64,000 nucleotides of DNA, from contig NC_045697.1 in assembly GCF_009834535.1 (NCBI RefSeq), positions 5,768,001 to 5,832,000 on the forward strand. The letters run 5' to 3'. The notes under the pieces are model-generated. The model did no database searches, had not been told where the DNA came from, and saw only the letters and a list, made by a program, of their open reading frames with translations. The stretch comes from Camelus ferus. Taxonomy: Eukaryota. The translations under genes and the position numbers were made by a program. Positions 26,236-39,409 of this stretch are shown here, in pieces (positions within the stretch are counted from its first letter, which is position 1; each line of letters starts with the position of its first letter).

Positions 26236-27396
26236 ACTTGAACCGGTCATGTGAGAACGCTCTCGCTCCCTTTCTCTCTTCCCCTGATGCCCCAAAAACA
26301 AAACCCTGGTTGTTGGTGGGGGAAGGGGTGCAAGCGTGGGGATGGGAGACGGGGTCCTGCTGCGCCTCCTCCTCGGCGGGGGTCTGGGCTGGCAGCCAGG
26401 CCCCGCTGGGAGGGGACGAGAACACTGAACCTGCACTCCAGTTCACAGATACAACAATAATTTGGAACTGACACTTTAAATTAAGGATTTGGGACTGTAA
26501 TTGTGATTTAAAGTGATGTAATTTTATCCTTTAAGGATGATCAGAATGGTCCTGGAGGTGCTGACAGACATTCGTGTCCAGGAGATCGAGATACAATTTA
26601 AGTGGGAGATACAAAGAAAGCTGCCTCCAGTTCCCACACGTCCTGCCCTACTTTAGACACCAATCACCATGAGAAGGAGCCACTCCAGGGGTGCCCCAGT
26701 TCCAGGCTTCGCTGCCTGACTCCGAGCATTGTTCCTATTTGTTCCAAACAAGTAATCATAGCAATGGTCACTCACTCATTCACCTGAGATTCAACCCACA
26801 CTGTCACGTGTACACATGCCTGTGCACGCACACACGCACACACTCCCTGAGTTCTCCAGAGGCTCCAACACTCTGTGACCGTCGTAACAGGAGGCTGAAC
26901 TCACAGTCCCAGTTTCCTCACCTGGGCAGGGATGAACCCTGAGACTGAGGGCTGCCAGCCTTCCCTTTCCTTCCTGATGATGTCACTGATGGGTCAAATG
27001 CCTCAGAAACAACCTCGGCTTCATGATACATGGTCTCAAGAACCCTCCGTCTCAAACCCACGATGCTCTCCCCCACTTTTCCAACTGCCTGTGCCCCGCC
27101 AGCCCAGACCAGGAGCACGCGGCACCTGGGGCCCCGTATCAGTCATCTTTGTATCCGGAGCACCTAGGACAGTTCCTGGTTGACTCGGAAGACACTGAGT
27201 CAACGTCTGCTACGTGAACGGAGACAAATCAGAGAAGACCAAGGGGGCAGTGGAACAGCATTACTTCCAGTTTACCCAAGAGAAAAGGGATGGCTTATCC
27301 GGGACCCGAACAGCCCATGACGGAGCGGGCAGAGACGGGCGCCCTCCCCACAGGGGCGGCCAGGTGACCGCCGGCCTGCGGCGGGCGGGGACTCAC

Positions 27397-27558
27397 CGCA
27401 GGCGGAACAGCTGTAGGGCCGCTCCCCCGTGTGCCGGACCCGGTGCTTCACCAGCTTCCTCTGCATGTTGAAAGACTTCCCGCACTCGTCGCAGGTGAAT
27501 ACCTTGTCGGCCGTGTGCGTCTTCTTGTGCTCCTTCAGGTTACTGAAGTTGCTGAACC
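27397..27558 (-). CDS. ZBTB49: ZBTB49 162-nt coding exon (ZF4-ZF6), after a 92-nt intron
   Basis: CCCCAG|GGTTCAGC...GCCTGCG|GTGAGT; encodes FSNFSNLKEHKKTHTADKVFTCDECGKSFNMQRKLVKHRVRHTGERPYSCSAC. Confidence 0.95.
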
Positions 27559-27650
27559 CTGGGGAGACCGGAGCAGGTGTTAAGCTGAAGGACTGAGGAC
27601 AGCTTAATCGGAAATCTTCAAGGGAAGAAAAGGAAAACGCTCAGCTCTAC

Positions 27651-27733
27651 CTCGACCACAGATGTCACACAAGTGTGGTTTTTCTCCTGAGTGAATAATT
27701 ATGTGACGCTGGACATCACCAGAGGCTGCAAAC
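27651..27733 (-). CDS. ZBTB49: ZBTB49 83-nt coding exon (ZF3/ZF4)
   Basis: TTACAG|GTTTGCA...GGTCGAG|GTAGAG; encodes FAASGDVQRHIIIHSGEKPHLCDICGRG; read manually, not in the ORF track. Confidence 0.94.
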
Positions 27734-29195
27734 CTGTAATGTAATTTGGAAATTCAATTAACAGCCTTTCTGAGTTACTGCAAATCTTTATAATTGCAAG
27801 TCACTGAGGGAGGAGATGAATTCTCCCTGTGTTACTTCAGAATGTAATCAGGAGTGGCCTATTTCATTTGAAATGTGCATTTTTAAAAATTACTTTTTTT
27901 CTCTTCTTTTTAAAGGAAAGTAGAAAATGATCCAAGTGTTTTGCTCTTAAAACCCTTTCTCCTCCCTACTTTCATTAACCTTTCCCCTTCCGAGATGATC
28001 AACCCAATCCTCGAATATGGAAACCTATGCTCTTTCCTTTCCACCGTACTCGACAGGAGAGTAAAAGGTTGTGTTTGGGGGAAGATGTTGCAATACAGAC
28101 ATGATTTGAAATGCATGCCTTACTTTTAATGGGAGTTCAGAAAGCTCACATTTAAAGTGCCCTGCAAAACAAGACTTTCAGGGACCCCAAGTCAAGCAGC
28201 AGGGAGTTTCTGCTACAAGGCATCTCCAGGAAGCAGCACATGTGACCTGGGCACTAAACTTGGTCTTCAGTGTCCAGGGGGCTACGGCAGAAAGGGTGAC
28301 ATGTGAGGCTAGGCAGCTTTTACTTCTCTGTTTTATACCATCTGCAGAGACAACAGAACCAAGGGTGTTGTGCGTCCTCACAGCGGACTGTGACCACAGC
28401 TGTCCCACTCCTGTCCCATCCCCCAGCTCCTGAGTGCAAACTTATCAGACGCAGAGAATCTGTACTGTTTATGTTTTTGTTCCCATCACAGCACTTAGCA
28501 TACAGAAGGTGCCTAATAAATGTTGGCCGAATGAATGGTTACATGAATAAAACACTACGCGACTGGTAGAATCCTGGCTGTTCCCTGCTGTCCTACAATG
28601 ACTGGCCATCAGGTGACCGAGGCTGTGGACTCTCGACAAGGGCCCCCAGTGAGGGGACAGGGGTCCACGTTGCAGGGACCATCTCTCCAGACCGCTCTCC
28701 ACCTCCAGAGTAAGTCAGGTCGATTCCCACTTCCCAAGTCTAAGCCCTCCCCGGCCCTCAGGCTTGGCCCACCCTGCCTGTGGCTGAACTCACAGCCCTT
28801 TATGGGTCTGGGTGCACAGCTGGGGTGCCTCCTACCACCCCCTCCTGAAGGCCAGGCGTTCAGGCCGCAAGTCTCATTTCCCCTACCAGTCACCTCTGGC
28901 ACTCATCTATTTTAACAGACATTCTTGGAATGAATGGAAATTTTAGTATAAAATAATTTTGTTTCCTGTAAAATCCCATTTCCTAAGACTTGTGTCCTAG
29001 ATTCTCATTCTTTTAATTAATATTTCCACTTCTTTGGGTTATTCTCATGTGCATCACATCAAAAGCCAGAGGGTTTGGCTTTACTGTGTTCCTTAGTGAG
29101 GCAGCGAGCCCCCCCGTGGCTCAGGGAACACGGACTTTCAAAGCCGCTGAGACGAGGGCTGCTCCTCGCGCGGGGTGAGCGAGGCCGGCACTGAC

Positions 29196-29269
29196 CTCTT
29201 CCCGCAGATCTCGCAGATGTACGGCTTCTCTCCGGAATGCCGACGCAAGTGAGTTTGCAAGTTGCCCGC
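29196..29269 (-). CDS. ZBTB49: ZBTB49 74-nt coding exon (ZF2/ZF3)
   Basis: TTTTTGCAG|GCGGGC...AAGAG|GTCAGT; encodes AGNLQTHLRRHSGEKPYICEICGKR. Confidence 0.95.
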
Positions 29270-32202
29270 CTGCAAAAAAGGAAAAGCAAAAACATGCCAA
29301 CAATGAAAGGTTTTTTTTCTCTTTTTTTTCAGGGCATACAAATTCAAAATGGAAACTGACAGATTCAGCCAGGTTCCAGTCCTACTTCAGAATGAAGACT
29401 CCTGATGCACAACTCAGAAGGAGCCACGTGCGAGGAGATGGAGGTCCAGCCCACTTCGGCCTTAGGGATCCCCCCGACCCGCAAGCAATCTGCTGAACAG
29501 GGGTGCCTCTCAGCTCTGCGCTCCACGCCAGCCCCTAGCCTGGCCCATCTCAGGTGTGCGGGGTGCCGTGTCCCTCTTAAATGTGCCTGACACACCGTGG
29601 GGACTTCTTTAGGGGTCGCTAAGCTTGTGTTTAAACAGCTCTTGATATATTTTATTTTGTATTTTTTTTAACCTGGACCATCTATATGCAAACATCATTT
29701 GAAAAAAAGGTATCATTTGCACTTGGTTATTTCAGTATTCATTGTTTCTTCCTTAAAAACATGCTTTTGTTCATAAAGAAGGTGAGACATTTCTCAAAAC
29801 TATTTCCTCCGGCAGTATGGTTGTTCTGCCTGACAGCCTGGTCATTTTTACCTCTGTGCAAAAATGCAAACCAGGAGATTCACAGTCGTCCTGCAGCTTC
29901 GGGCCTTTTATGTTCCTAATCTGTGAAACTAGCCGGGCTTTATGAAGGTTAACTGATTTAAATGAAGACCAGAGAATAGATTTCCAGGTACTAATTGATA
30001 GGAAATCAATGAAATTGCTTAAGGTACAGTGAAATTAAAACTGCAAATGCCTCAGATATTAAAAACGCTACTGGCAAATGTGTTAAATTAGGATTTGGAA
30101 ACAAAATCTTCCATAGCTGTAATTTAAATTAATAGTCTCAAACTGTCATGTCCCATACTTAATTCTGTTACAAAACCCCCACACTGAATAGGATGAACAT
30201 ACTCAAGGGCAATAATGTGCAGGCAGCACACACAAAATAAGCCAAAAAGCCAGCATGAACAGTAAAACCCGACTCATAAACGTGGCTTTGTAAATTTGCA
30301 AACTATATTTTAAACAAGATGCAAAGATAGTTCGTGGCTGTAGGTCTGAAGATGGGTTTGATGTCCATCTGTGGCCAGTATAAAGGATGCTGTCTGTGGA
30401 ATTTATGTAACTTGGAAGGTTCTTTACGTCTACCAGACTGGGACACACTAACTTAGATACAACATTTCAGAATATGATAAATATGGCTTTTAAAAAAACT
30501 GGTGTATTTTAGATAACCAAAGAGAAAGAATCTGGCAAAACATTGGCAAATACCCAGCTTTTAACTGAATGATTATTAGTAACAATAATAAAACAGCAAA
30601 TGTCAACAGCAATAGACATTTGGTCTACTCAGGCTTTTACATACATAACCAACTTGCCCTCAGAAATTAGTAGTGTTATCTCTATTTTCCAGATGTAAAA
30701 CTGAGATTCAGAGAAATAAATTGGTTGCCCTAAGTTACATGGATAGGAATTAATACTGGTTTGTCTGATTTAAACTCTTGTCTTACACGAAGGGCGTGCA
30801 CGTTTCTGTGAAAAAACTAGCTTGTGTTGAATTCTCAGCACGACAGTCACTCTGCCACTCAGGAAGCAGCTCGTGGCAGTTAATATAAGGCACCGCTGAC
30901 TGTTTTAAAACAGTCACTTACAAATTTCAGAAAAGCTCAGCAATTCGAATAGCACCATCTGCTCAGCTGTTAAATTGGATCCTCTTGTTTCAAGTTATCT
31001 TGTGAACTATGTATTATGATTGAAATGCGTTCTGATTAGATTCTCAGCAATGTTGCAGATTTCCTTTTTAAATAAAGCATAACAATGACTTGTTTCCAAA
31101 GTAAATTTTACTGAATGGTCTTCCACTTAATATTATAGTAAGCAATTGTAAAACAAACTTTAAAATGTTTCTTTAGCTATTTAGTGTTGGAAATGTGTAA
31201 TGAAAATAATTATCATTCCCCCAGATAAAGCAGCATATAGTCTGATACATGGTACAAAAACAGATTAAGTAATTACATGATTTAGGCAAGTCCAATAATA
31301 TATTCAGACAATTTACACCAAATTACATTGTGAACTAGGGCTCAGATTACGTGCTCTTTGCTCAAGCGTCTTTATTTTCGGTAAACTTTGCTATGCTTTA
31401 TTGCTAATTATATCCTAAGTACACAGACTAGAAAGCACACAGTCCTAGAAATGATCTACCGCTGGGTCCAAGAGGACTCCAGCACTGGTAATAGCAGGAG
31501 ATCTCATTTATGAAGAGCCCACTCTGAATGAAGCCCTCTGCTAAGCACTTGCGAACAGTGCTCCAGGTCATCACAATGTCCTCATAAAGTCTGCTTCACA
31601 GGGTACAGGAAGCAGACAGAGGCGCTGGGCGGCAGTCGGCCTCAGCCCCGACAGCCGGCGGGAATACTCCGCCTCCGCTTTGTCTGCCGACTCCAAGCTT
31701 GTGCGGCTGTCGGGCAGCAGCGAGGTACCAGCAGTAAAGGAAGTTCTACTCCCTTTAAGTCAATACCATTTTAAATCAGGATGGAGTCGTCAGAATTCTG
31801 GACTGAAAAACTCTGTCGCAGAAAAGAAACTAACACCTGATTTATCGAGTAATTAAAAAAATAAACCCACTCAGATAGGTACCTGAACATCAGTATTTAA
31901 ACACGATCAAACCAAGGATAAATTCTCTCTCAGAATACTCTTCTAATGGCTACTGATTGTTTCTATAAGAAAACAGGGAATCAGAAAATTTTAGAGATAA
32001 AAGGGAACTCAGATCTTAAAAGTCATTTGTGTTCTAAGTGTTTAAAACAGAAAAAAAAATCTAGATATTAACACAGAGATGTCACCTAAAAAACTGACCA
32101 TTACATTGATAAAAGGACATTTGACAGTGTGGGAAATATCAGCTCAGAGTTGAAAACTTAATAACTTAAGAAAGTGCATGAAAATATTCTTACTCAGTGG
32201 CT

Positions 32203-32287
32203 GGAGGGTACAGCTCAGCGGTAGAGCACATGCTTAGCATGCACGACGTCCTGGGTTCTATCCCTGGTACCTCCATTAAAAAAAAAA
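32203..32287 (+). mobile_element. tRNA-derived SINE (camelid-type)
   Basis: GGAGGGTACAGCTCAGCGGTAGAGCACATGCTTAGCATGCACGACGTCCTGGGTTCTATCCCTGGTACCTCCATT followed by poly(A). Confidence 0.85.
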
Positions 32288-35200
32288 GTTCTGCTGAGTA
32301 GTCAAATGATCATTTACTCTAATCTCCCTGCTTCCCTTTAAAAAAAAAATCTTGTATTTTGCGTTTTCACCATGGATGGGGTGAAACTTTGTCACCCTGG
32401 CATCAGGCCACATCAGCACCCTGGAACCACGCGTCCCGGCGGCCCCTGCAGGATGCTGCATCCTGCCCACCACGCCCTGAACACAGGAGCTGCTGGGAGG
32501 GCACTGAGCCTCTCAGAACTCATCCTTCTGCAGCAGCTGCTCAGTGCTCCTATTTCTGCCACCTTGGAGAGACAAAACAACTCCATTCCTCTCCCAAAGA
32601 CAGCTAAATATGCTGAGTTTCCCTTTTCCTGTTTCTCACGTGACAGGCACTCCAGATCTGTCACTCATCTTATTTTGTCCTCTGGATGCCCAGGTTCTAC
32701 TCCACATGGGAGACACGTGGCTCCAAATGGATCCTCGTTCATACTCTGAAGTACGGCAGGACTCTTCCTTCCTGCGATCCAGGCAGGTGCAGAGCCCAGG
32801 ATTATGCTAACACACGTATGTTCCGTTGTCACAACCTGGACTTGGCATACCTTTCTCATGTATCAACTGCTTGCTGACTCAGCATTAAGGTTGTGGCTAC
32901 ATTTTTTTTTAAAGACTAACCCTATTAAATACTAAATTGAACAAACAGCATAAAAGATTAATTCTCTTTGGTAGCTCTGTTTTCTAACTTGGAATCTTCC
33001 AGAAGGGAAAATACAAGCTCACTTCTGCCAAAGCAAACAGTCTGGCAGCTACATGGGACACCCCAGTCATTGTACCACATGTATTCCAGTTCATATGAGA
33101 AACGGATGCTGGCTTGGGCTGAAGGGTGGCTTACACAGTATCCCTGTGTAGACACCACCGCTGCTCCCTCTGCCTGGAATACCATGGGGCTTCCAGGCTC
33201 CTCAGGTGCCCTCCTGTCTTCACGGCTCCCCTAAGCAGTCACTTGACACATGCCAGGTCCCCACCCACCCAAATACCACAGCTTTCAGGGAGAAAGGACT
33301 CCTCTCCTCTTTGCCCGCATTATTCCCTGTACATCTTTCTGCCATGGCATTTCCAACATTTCACTGCACTTTGTCACTTCACACAGCTGCTTCTTCCTCT
33401 AAACAAAGATAAGCTCCTGGAAGCCTTATTCATCTTTGTGCCCCACACAGGGCAGAGCTCCCTGGACACTGTAGACTTGCAATATATACGTGTTGAATGA
33501 AGTTTTTTAAGAGTCCTTATTCACAGAAATGTCATCATTTCACTATGAAAGAAAACAGCACTGAAAATCATATATACGTAATCATATGTACTATATGTAA
33601 CTCTACATTCATAAAAATCTGATAAAAATACAGACACCCGCATGGAAGAAGAGGACTTCTGTAGTGCCTATCAGACAGGGCGGCCCTTGGCAGGACCCAC
33701 AGCGAAAGTGTAGGACCCGGTCTGAAGCAGTGGGCAGGCTGCCCTCGGAATCACTGTGTTAGAGGGAACCAACGTTCCGGCCTGCTTACGCCCTAACCCT
33801 TAGTGTACACTCTCAGCAAAACAGCCAGTCAGCCTGGGAAAACTTAAGTTAGACCAAGTTACTCCTCTGCCTAAAACCATCTAGTAGCTCTCCATTCCTC
33901 TCCAAAGGGAAACTCAAAGTCTTTATAATAGCCTAGAGGATGCTACATGACCTGGTCCCCATCACCTCAATGTCGTCTTCTCTAACTAGTGTTCCTAACT
34001 GCGCTATCCCCACCGCCTACTTGACAGATAGCAGGCATTCAATAAATGTTTACTGGACATGCTCTTGACCCAGCTCTCACCACAATCCTGCCCTACTTTC
34101 CAAGCAGCGTCTGCACACCTACCAAACCTCGGAAAAGCCTGCCCACAGTTCTCAGCCAGGTGACACCCCACTCGCTCTTCTAAGGATATTGCCAACGTCA
34201 CCCTATTTGTTGTAACTCCAATATCAAGTAGGAGCAGAATTAATACATATTGTTCAAGGAGTAAAAACTTGGAAGCGTATATACAAGAAAACAGACTGAA
34301 AATTCATCTGAAATTTTGATGCAAATTAGATCAACTTCCTAGACCTCCACCCCTTCAAATCGGAGAAGCTGATCCCGTCAGATATGAAAAGTATTCACAA
34401 CAGAGTGATAACTCTGACTTTATGGATTTAATTGTTTGAGCTTCTATAAGCTCAGTATATATTATATAAACATACACATCACACACATCATATGAATATA
34501 TATCACATACATATATATTTAAAAAACTTTGGACTTCTAAATGTATGTTCTATTTCTACCCTTTCCTATTTGCTATCGCCTCTCTAGTTAAAACTTAACA
34601 TTTTAAAAATTTAAAAAATTTTTCAAAAGTATCAACACTTAAGCCCCACCCCAAACCAAGAGAGTCGGAATCTCTGGGAGAGAGCCCCGGCATCAATGCC
34701 AGGAGAGAGGGCTGAAGGCAGGCTCAGGGTGCCTGGGTGTCTGGTTTTACTTCATTTGGTCACAGAAGGGTTCCAAGCAAGAAAAGAACAGAACCTACAT
34801 TGTTATCAGAATTTAAATGTATAAAGGACTTTCACGTCCATTTTTTCATTTAATCCTAACATTCCCATGAGGTGGTATTACCCCTATTTTAAGGATTAGA
34901 AAGATGAGGTCCAGAGAAGTTGTGATTGCTAATTATTAGTGGTCATTAATCTAGGTTTTATGCTTTCCCACCACACAAAAGCTGGTAAGATGAAAATGGT
35001 GGTGGTTTGGGGAGGGGGTTGCCTTAGGAAGACTGGTCTGCAAACGCAGAGGGGGACAGAAGACATGAGAGGAAGGAGGCGATGGCAACAGGGTAAGGAC
35101 CAATAATGTCTCCTGAGCACTCACTCCGATTCTAAGGACTTCATCCTATCAACTCAGTTACTCCTCACAATTTACAGCCTAGGAAACGCAGGGACAAAAG

Positions 35201-36424
35201 GCTGGGTAGCTTGCCCAAGGTCAGAGCAGTAGACCAGAGGCTGGATTCAAATCCAGACTGTCTGGCCCTCGAGCCCGAGCTCTGACCCACAGGCGGGGCA
35301 GGTATGAAGCAGCACAGGTCCCAGCAAGAGGGGCAGATGAGCGATGGCTGCTCCACTCAGTTCAGCAGAAGCTTACTGAACACCCAGTGGGTGCACGGCC
35401 CCCACTCGGATGAATAATGCAGAGGGACACGTGAGGACATGGTGAATCACTGCACGAGGGGAGCAGGAAGAGGGGACAGTAATTAGATCTCAGGTCGTGG
35501 CGCGCAGGCAATGGTGAAGGGGAAACTGGAGGAGCCGTGTGCAGAGCGGGCGCTCCCTTACTCTGTCTGTGCCCCACAGGGCCGGCCCGGCCAACTCCCA
35601 CCAGACTGGAGGGCTCGCGTCCTCCAAGGTCCAGCCCGGAAGTCCCCTCCCCAGTGCAAAAGCCCTTGCACACGCTGTTACTACAAGATTCTCACATGTG
35701 TGTAAAAACAGATGTAGGTGACTGCTTCCTCTGCAGGGCTGCGCACGGGCCCCTGTGAGCAGCTTCTGCAATGCCAGTGCCCAGCCCACAGCAGGGGACC
35801 CGTTATCTTCCATTTCAGAAGTAGATTCCCACAGCCATTCTACCACGCTCAGCATTTCCTCTAAGACACTACATCTCTAGGGTTCTCTATGTCTAGTGCC
35901 CAGATCAGTACACAGCCTGTGGGAGGACACGACGCATGCTGGCTGGGCGAGAGGGCACACGTGCAAAGGGTCGTAACTGAGGTCAGCTAACAGGGAGTGC
36001 AGGCAGGGCATGAAAAGTGTTTGGTCTTTTATCCAACATCCTAACACCTACAGTGTCAGGAAGAATCAGGACATTCTTGGATCCAGCCCAGCACAATCTG
36101 CAGCCCCAGGTGGTGCTCCATATGGTTTACTGGGAACATCATTCCCGGAGGAGGAGAAATATACTAGAACTTGGGCCCATCCTTGATGAACGGGGAGGTA
36201 CCGTGAGAGTTCACATGCTTATAAAAAATGGTATTTTCTCCTCATCAGCTAGAAATTTGTTTTCTTGAAAATTATTTTCTCCTGATTTAGTCTGAAGTCT
36301 GTTAAAAGTTACAGATTTTGTCAGAAGCTTTTCTCACAAGTCCAAAAGTATGGCTTATCTGTAATAAAAATAAACAGTGGGTTTCAGGTTTCCAACGATT
36401 AACAATAAATAAAAGTATTCCCAC

Positions 36425-36471
36425 CTGAGAGAAATGTTTCCCACACATGTTACATTCAAAAGGTTTCTCAC
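36425..36471 (-). CDS. ZBTB49: ZBTB49 47-nt coding exon (first half of ZF2)
   Basis: TTTTAG|GTGAGAAACC...TCTCAG|GTGGGA; encodes GEKPFECNMCGKHFSQ. Confidence 0.95.
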
Positions 36472-37379
36472 CTAAAACAAAACAAAACAACAACTTGTAA
36501 AATCATTAGCAATCTTTGCACAATCATCTTCTGTTTAACATGTTTAGACCTGCCTCCTGGGTCCTGGCTGTCAAAGCAGAGCACTACACACGTTACTGAA
36601 AGGCTATGAAAACAGGAGCCTCTGCGCCCTGGTAGTCCTCTCTCTCGCCCTTGGATGAGAAGAGTGAGATCCATATTCACTCTTCTCTAAAAACTTCACC
36701 TGTCCTCCAATATAAACCAGTGTTGAAATCAAATGAATTTATCTGCATTCAAACCATACTTAGGTTTGGACATAGCCTTTGCCTTCATCTGAAAATGAAA
36801 TCTGAGTTTTCTTGCTGAACAGCAGGAACCTAGTCCCCTGTCCTTTAGTCTGACTCCTCCGATTGCCACCGATTTCGAACTGAGCCAAGTGACTCCTTCA
36901 TACCACATGAGGTAGGAACCTGGGGCAGCCCGAAACAGAGCAGGACCTCCTGAAAGAGTGACGGGGAAAAGCCTCTCTACCGCCTCTCAGCCTTGGCGGA
37001 AACGCGCTAAGGGGGAAACATGATCCCAGCGTGGGATGCGCTCCCTCGCCAGCTGCTTAGCCCCCTCTGATTTGAGGAACTCTGAAGAATTACACTGTAA
37101 TAGATGTAGAGAAGGGAGCTCTGCTACAAAGAAGCCATGGCAGTTCTGAGTAGTCTCTAGAAAATGATCTGTTTAAAAGCACACTTCAGGTATCACCTTA
37201 ACCTACGGAACCCTAATAAATAAGACCGCAAGGACCAAAAACCTTCCATTGTCCCCATCCTCCTCCAATCTCGTGGTTTCATTAAGATCCTTTTTAAAAA
37301 ATAAGACGACTGTGTCCCTTCCTACTGTATCGCCGGGGTTTGCTAGCTTTCTGGGCTGCCACCAGGGTGTTTTTATTTT

Positions 37380-37450
37380 TAGTTATTTTTATTTTATTTT
37401 TTTAACATTTTTTATTGATTTATAATCATTTTACAATGTTGTGTCAAATT
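37380..37450 (-). mobile_element. Very short 5'-truncated L1 (3' terminus plus A tail) with a 16-bp TSD
   Basis: Minus strand AATTTGACACAACATTGTAAAATGATTATAAATCAATAAAA resembles the L1 end at about 41665-41710; TSD AGGGT(G/A)TTTTTATTTT at 37364-37379 and 37451-37466. Confidence 0.8.
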
Positions 37451-37535
37451 AGGGTATTTTTATTTTGATCTCTTCCTGAAACTGTTTAATGGCTTCCTCA
37501 AGGGTGCTGGGGGGGGGGGCTTCCGACCCCAAGTA

Positions 37536-37742
37536 CAGATGATCCTTGAACGACAGGGTATGAACTGCTTGGGTTCACGTAAATGCAGACTCCCTTCCAC
37601 AGTAAAGCTACAACAGTACTACCCAGTCTGAGGCTGGCCGAACCCACCATGTGGAGGAACTGGTGTGCAACTGACCGTCAGTTATACTAGGAATCTGACT
37701 GCTTAGGGGGTCAGGGCCCCTAAGCCCTACAAGGGTCAACTG
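37536..37742. mobile_element. TcMar-Tigger non-autonomous DNA transposon (MER8/Tigger2-like)
   Basis: Terminal inverted repeats CAGATGATCCTTGAAC and CAAGGGTCAACTG, preceded by TA. Confidence 0.7.
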
Positions 37743-37896
37743 CAATTATAATCATATTGATTCTGTATTTCGGACTACACTTATGTCTGAAATTATGGAG
37801 ATAACAGATTATGTTATGTTAAAGTCACCATCATGGGGAGAGTCTGAAGAAAGAGGGCACCAGTTATTAAGACTCTCAAGTGGCCAGGGCTAATAA

Positions 37897-38220
37897 CCCT
37901 GCTCTCAAACGTTTTGCTCTCAGGACGCCTTTACACTCAGCAATTGAGGGTCCTAAAGAGCTTTTGTTCATGTGGGCTATCTCTGTTGGTACAGGCCATA
38001 TTAGAAATCAAGACTGAGTGATCTTTGACATATAAGTATACATTTTTCATTGCCCACCAGAGTGACAGTCTCATCACACACCCTGCAGCCTTTAGCTGAC
38101 TCCACTGCACACTCTTGGGAGAAGGAAAAGGCCAACTAACACCCTACACTATGATACAAATAGCTCTGGCCTCCCTGAGCCCCTGAAAGGGTGCCCCAGA
38201 CCAGACTTTGAGAACTGCTG
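37897..38220. mobile_element. hAT-Charlie (Charlie1-like) DNA transposon remnant
   Basis: CTCTCAAACGTTTTGCTCTCAGGACGCCTTTACACTC...AAAGAGCTTTTGTT...CTTTGAGAACTGCTG ends. Confidence 0.65.
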
Positions 38221-39409
38221 CCCTTCTCAGTGTATTTACATCCCAGGAGCATCTGTGCCACATAGCTGTACCATGACTATTACCCAAAGATGTGCTTGCA
38301 GAATAAACAGTTTCTGTTTCCTTTAAAGCTAAACCAATAAGTTTCTCAAATAAAAATGACAGTGATCGTTAGGTTCCAGGAAATATAAGAAAACACAATG
38401 ACCTAAATTAAATTTTTTCAGGGAAAAACTGAGTTAATACTAGTTAATAATGATAGTAGTACTTCATATTCAAATACACAGATTTGTAAAGAGATTTCAT
38501 AAATATTAATTCAGTCTCTTAACACAACGAGGTAGTAAACACCTAAGCAAACGGGGAGTCAGAAGTGCTGACAGACCGTCACGTTAATAACCACAATTCC
38601 CAGAGCACCTGGAGAGAGGTTATTTTAGAAGCGTTCTGTAACATATTGCTTCTCAAGCCCATAAAGTAACTGCCATTAATTTATGGTGTTATTAGAGTCA
38701 TCACGTTTCAGGGCAGGAAGGAAAGTAATATACATATATCGTATCATGTAATGTAAGTTTGTATAACACTTTGTAAAAAGCTTTTGGAAAAAAAGTTTTG
38801 GGGAAGGGGAGGAGACACAAATCAATGTAGTAAAACTGAAAATTCAATGTTCAAATGGAAAAATTTCCTTCGAAAATATCAAATGGCTAAAGCTGATCCA
38901 TATTAAAAAGTTCACCTCCTGCCTCCCAAATGACAACTTAAAAAATTTGATACTCAAATTACTTTCCAGAAAACTTTCAGAATTACTCAAACTAAGTTAC
39001 TTTAGTCTGAATGAACCTACATTATGCTTTAAAAAAAATCTAATTCTAAACAGCAAACTAATATTGCTTATCTGTTTTATAATTAATTTGAAAATTTGAG
39101 TGCATCAGAATAACTCACCAAACTTTAGAGATGGAAAGTTTATCACATAAAACTGTCATTAAAATGAAAAGTTTACCATCTTTTGAAACTGGTTCCATGA
39201 AAGCATTTATAGAACTTAAGATTATTCTTTACGAGGCATCACCAAAAATATAAAGCAAAAAATAGTTAACACCCCTTGACTTTTTGGGTAACTACCAATG
39301 ACGTCATCAAGCAACAGCAAAACTTCTTACGAGAACAGGCGCAGGCAGTGGTGTCTGACCGTCTGCATTATTTCCTTTCCTTTTGCCTGCAGGGACTGAA
39401 TCAGTGTAC

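Noticed and set aside
32203..32287. tRNA-like sequences with A and B boxes (also at 14980, 42259 and 57802)
   Set aside because: Dispersed, diverged copies with A-rich tails, so they are SINEs rather than tRNA genes.
32410..32430. REST/RE1-like TCAGCACCCTGGA
   Set aside because: Only the left half-site matches; the GGACAG right half is absent.
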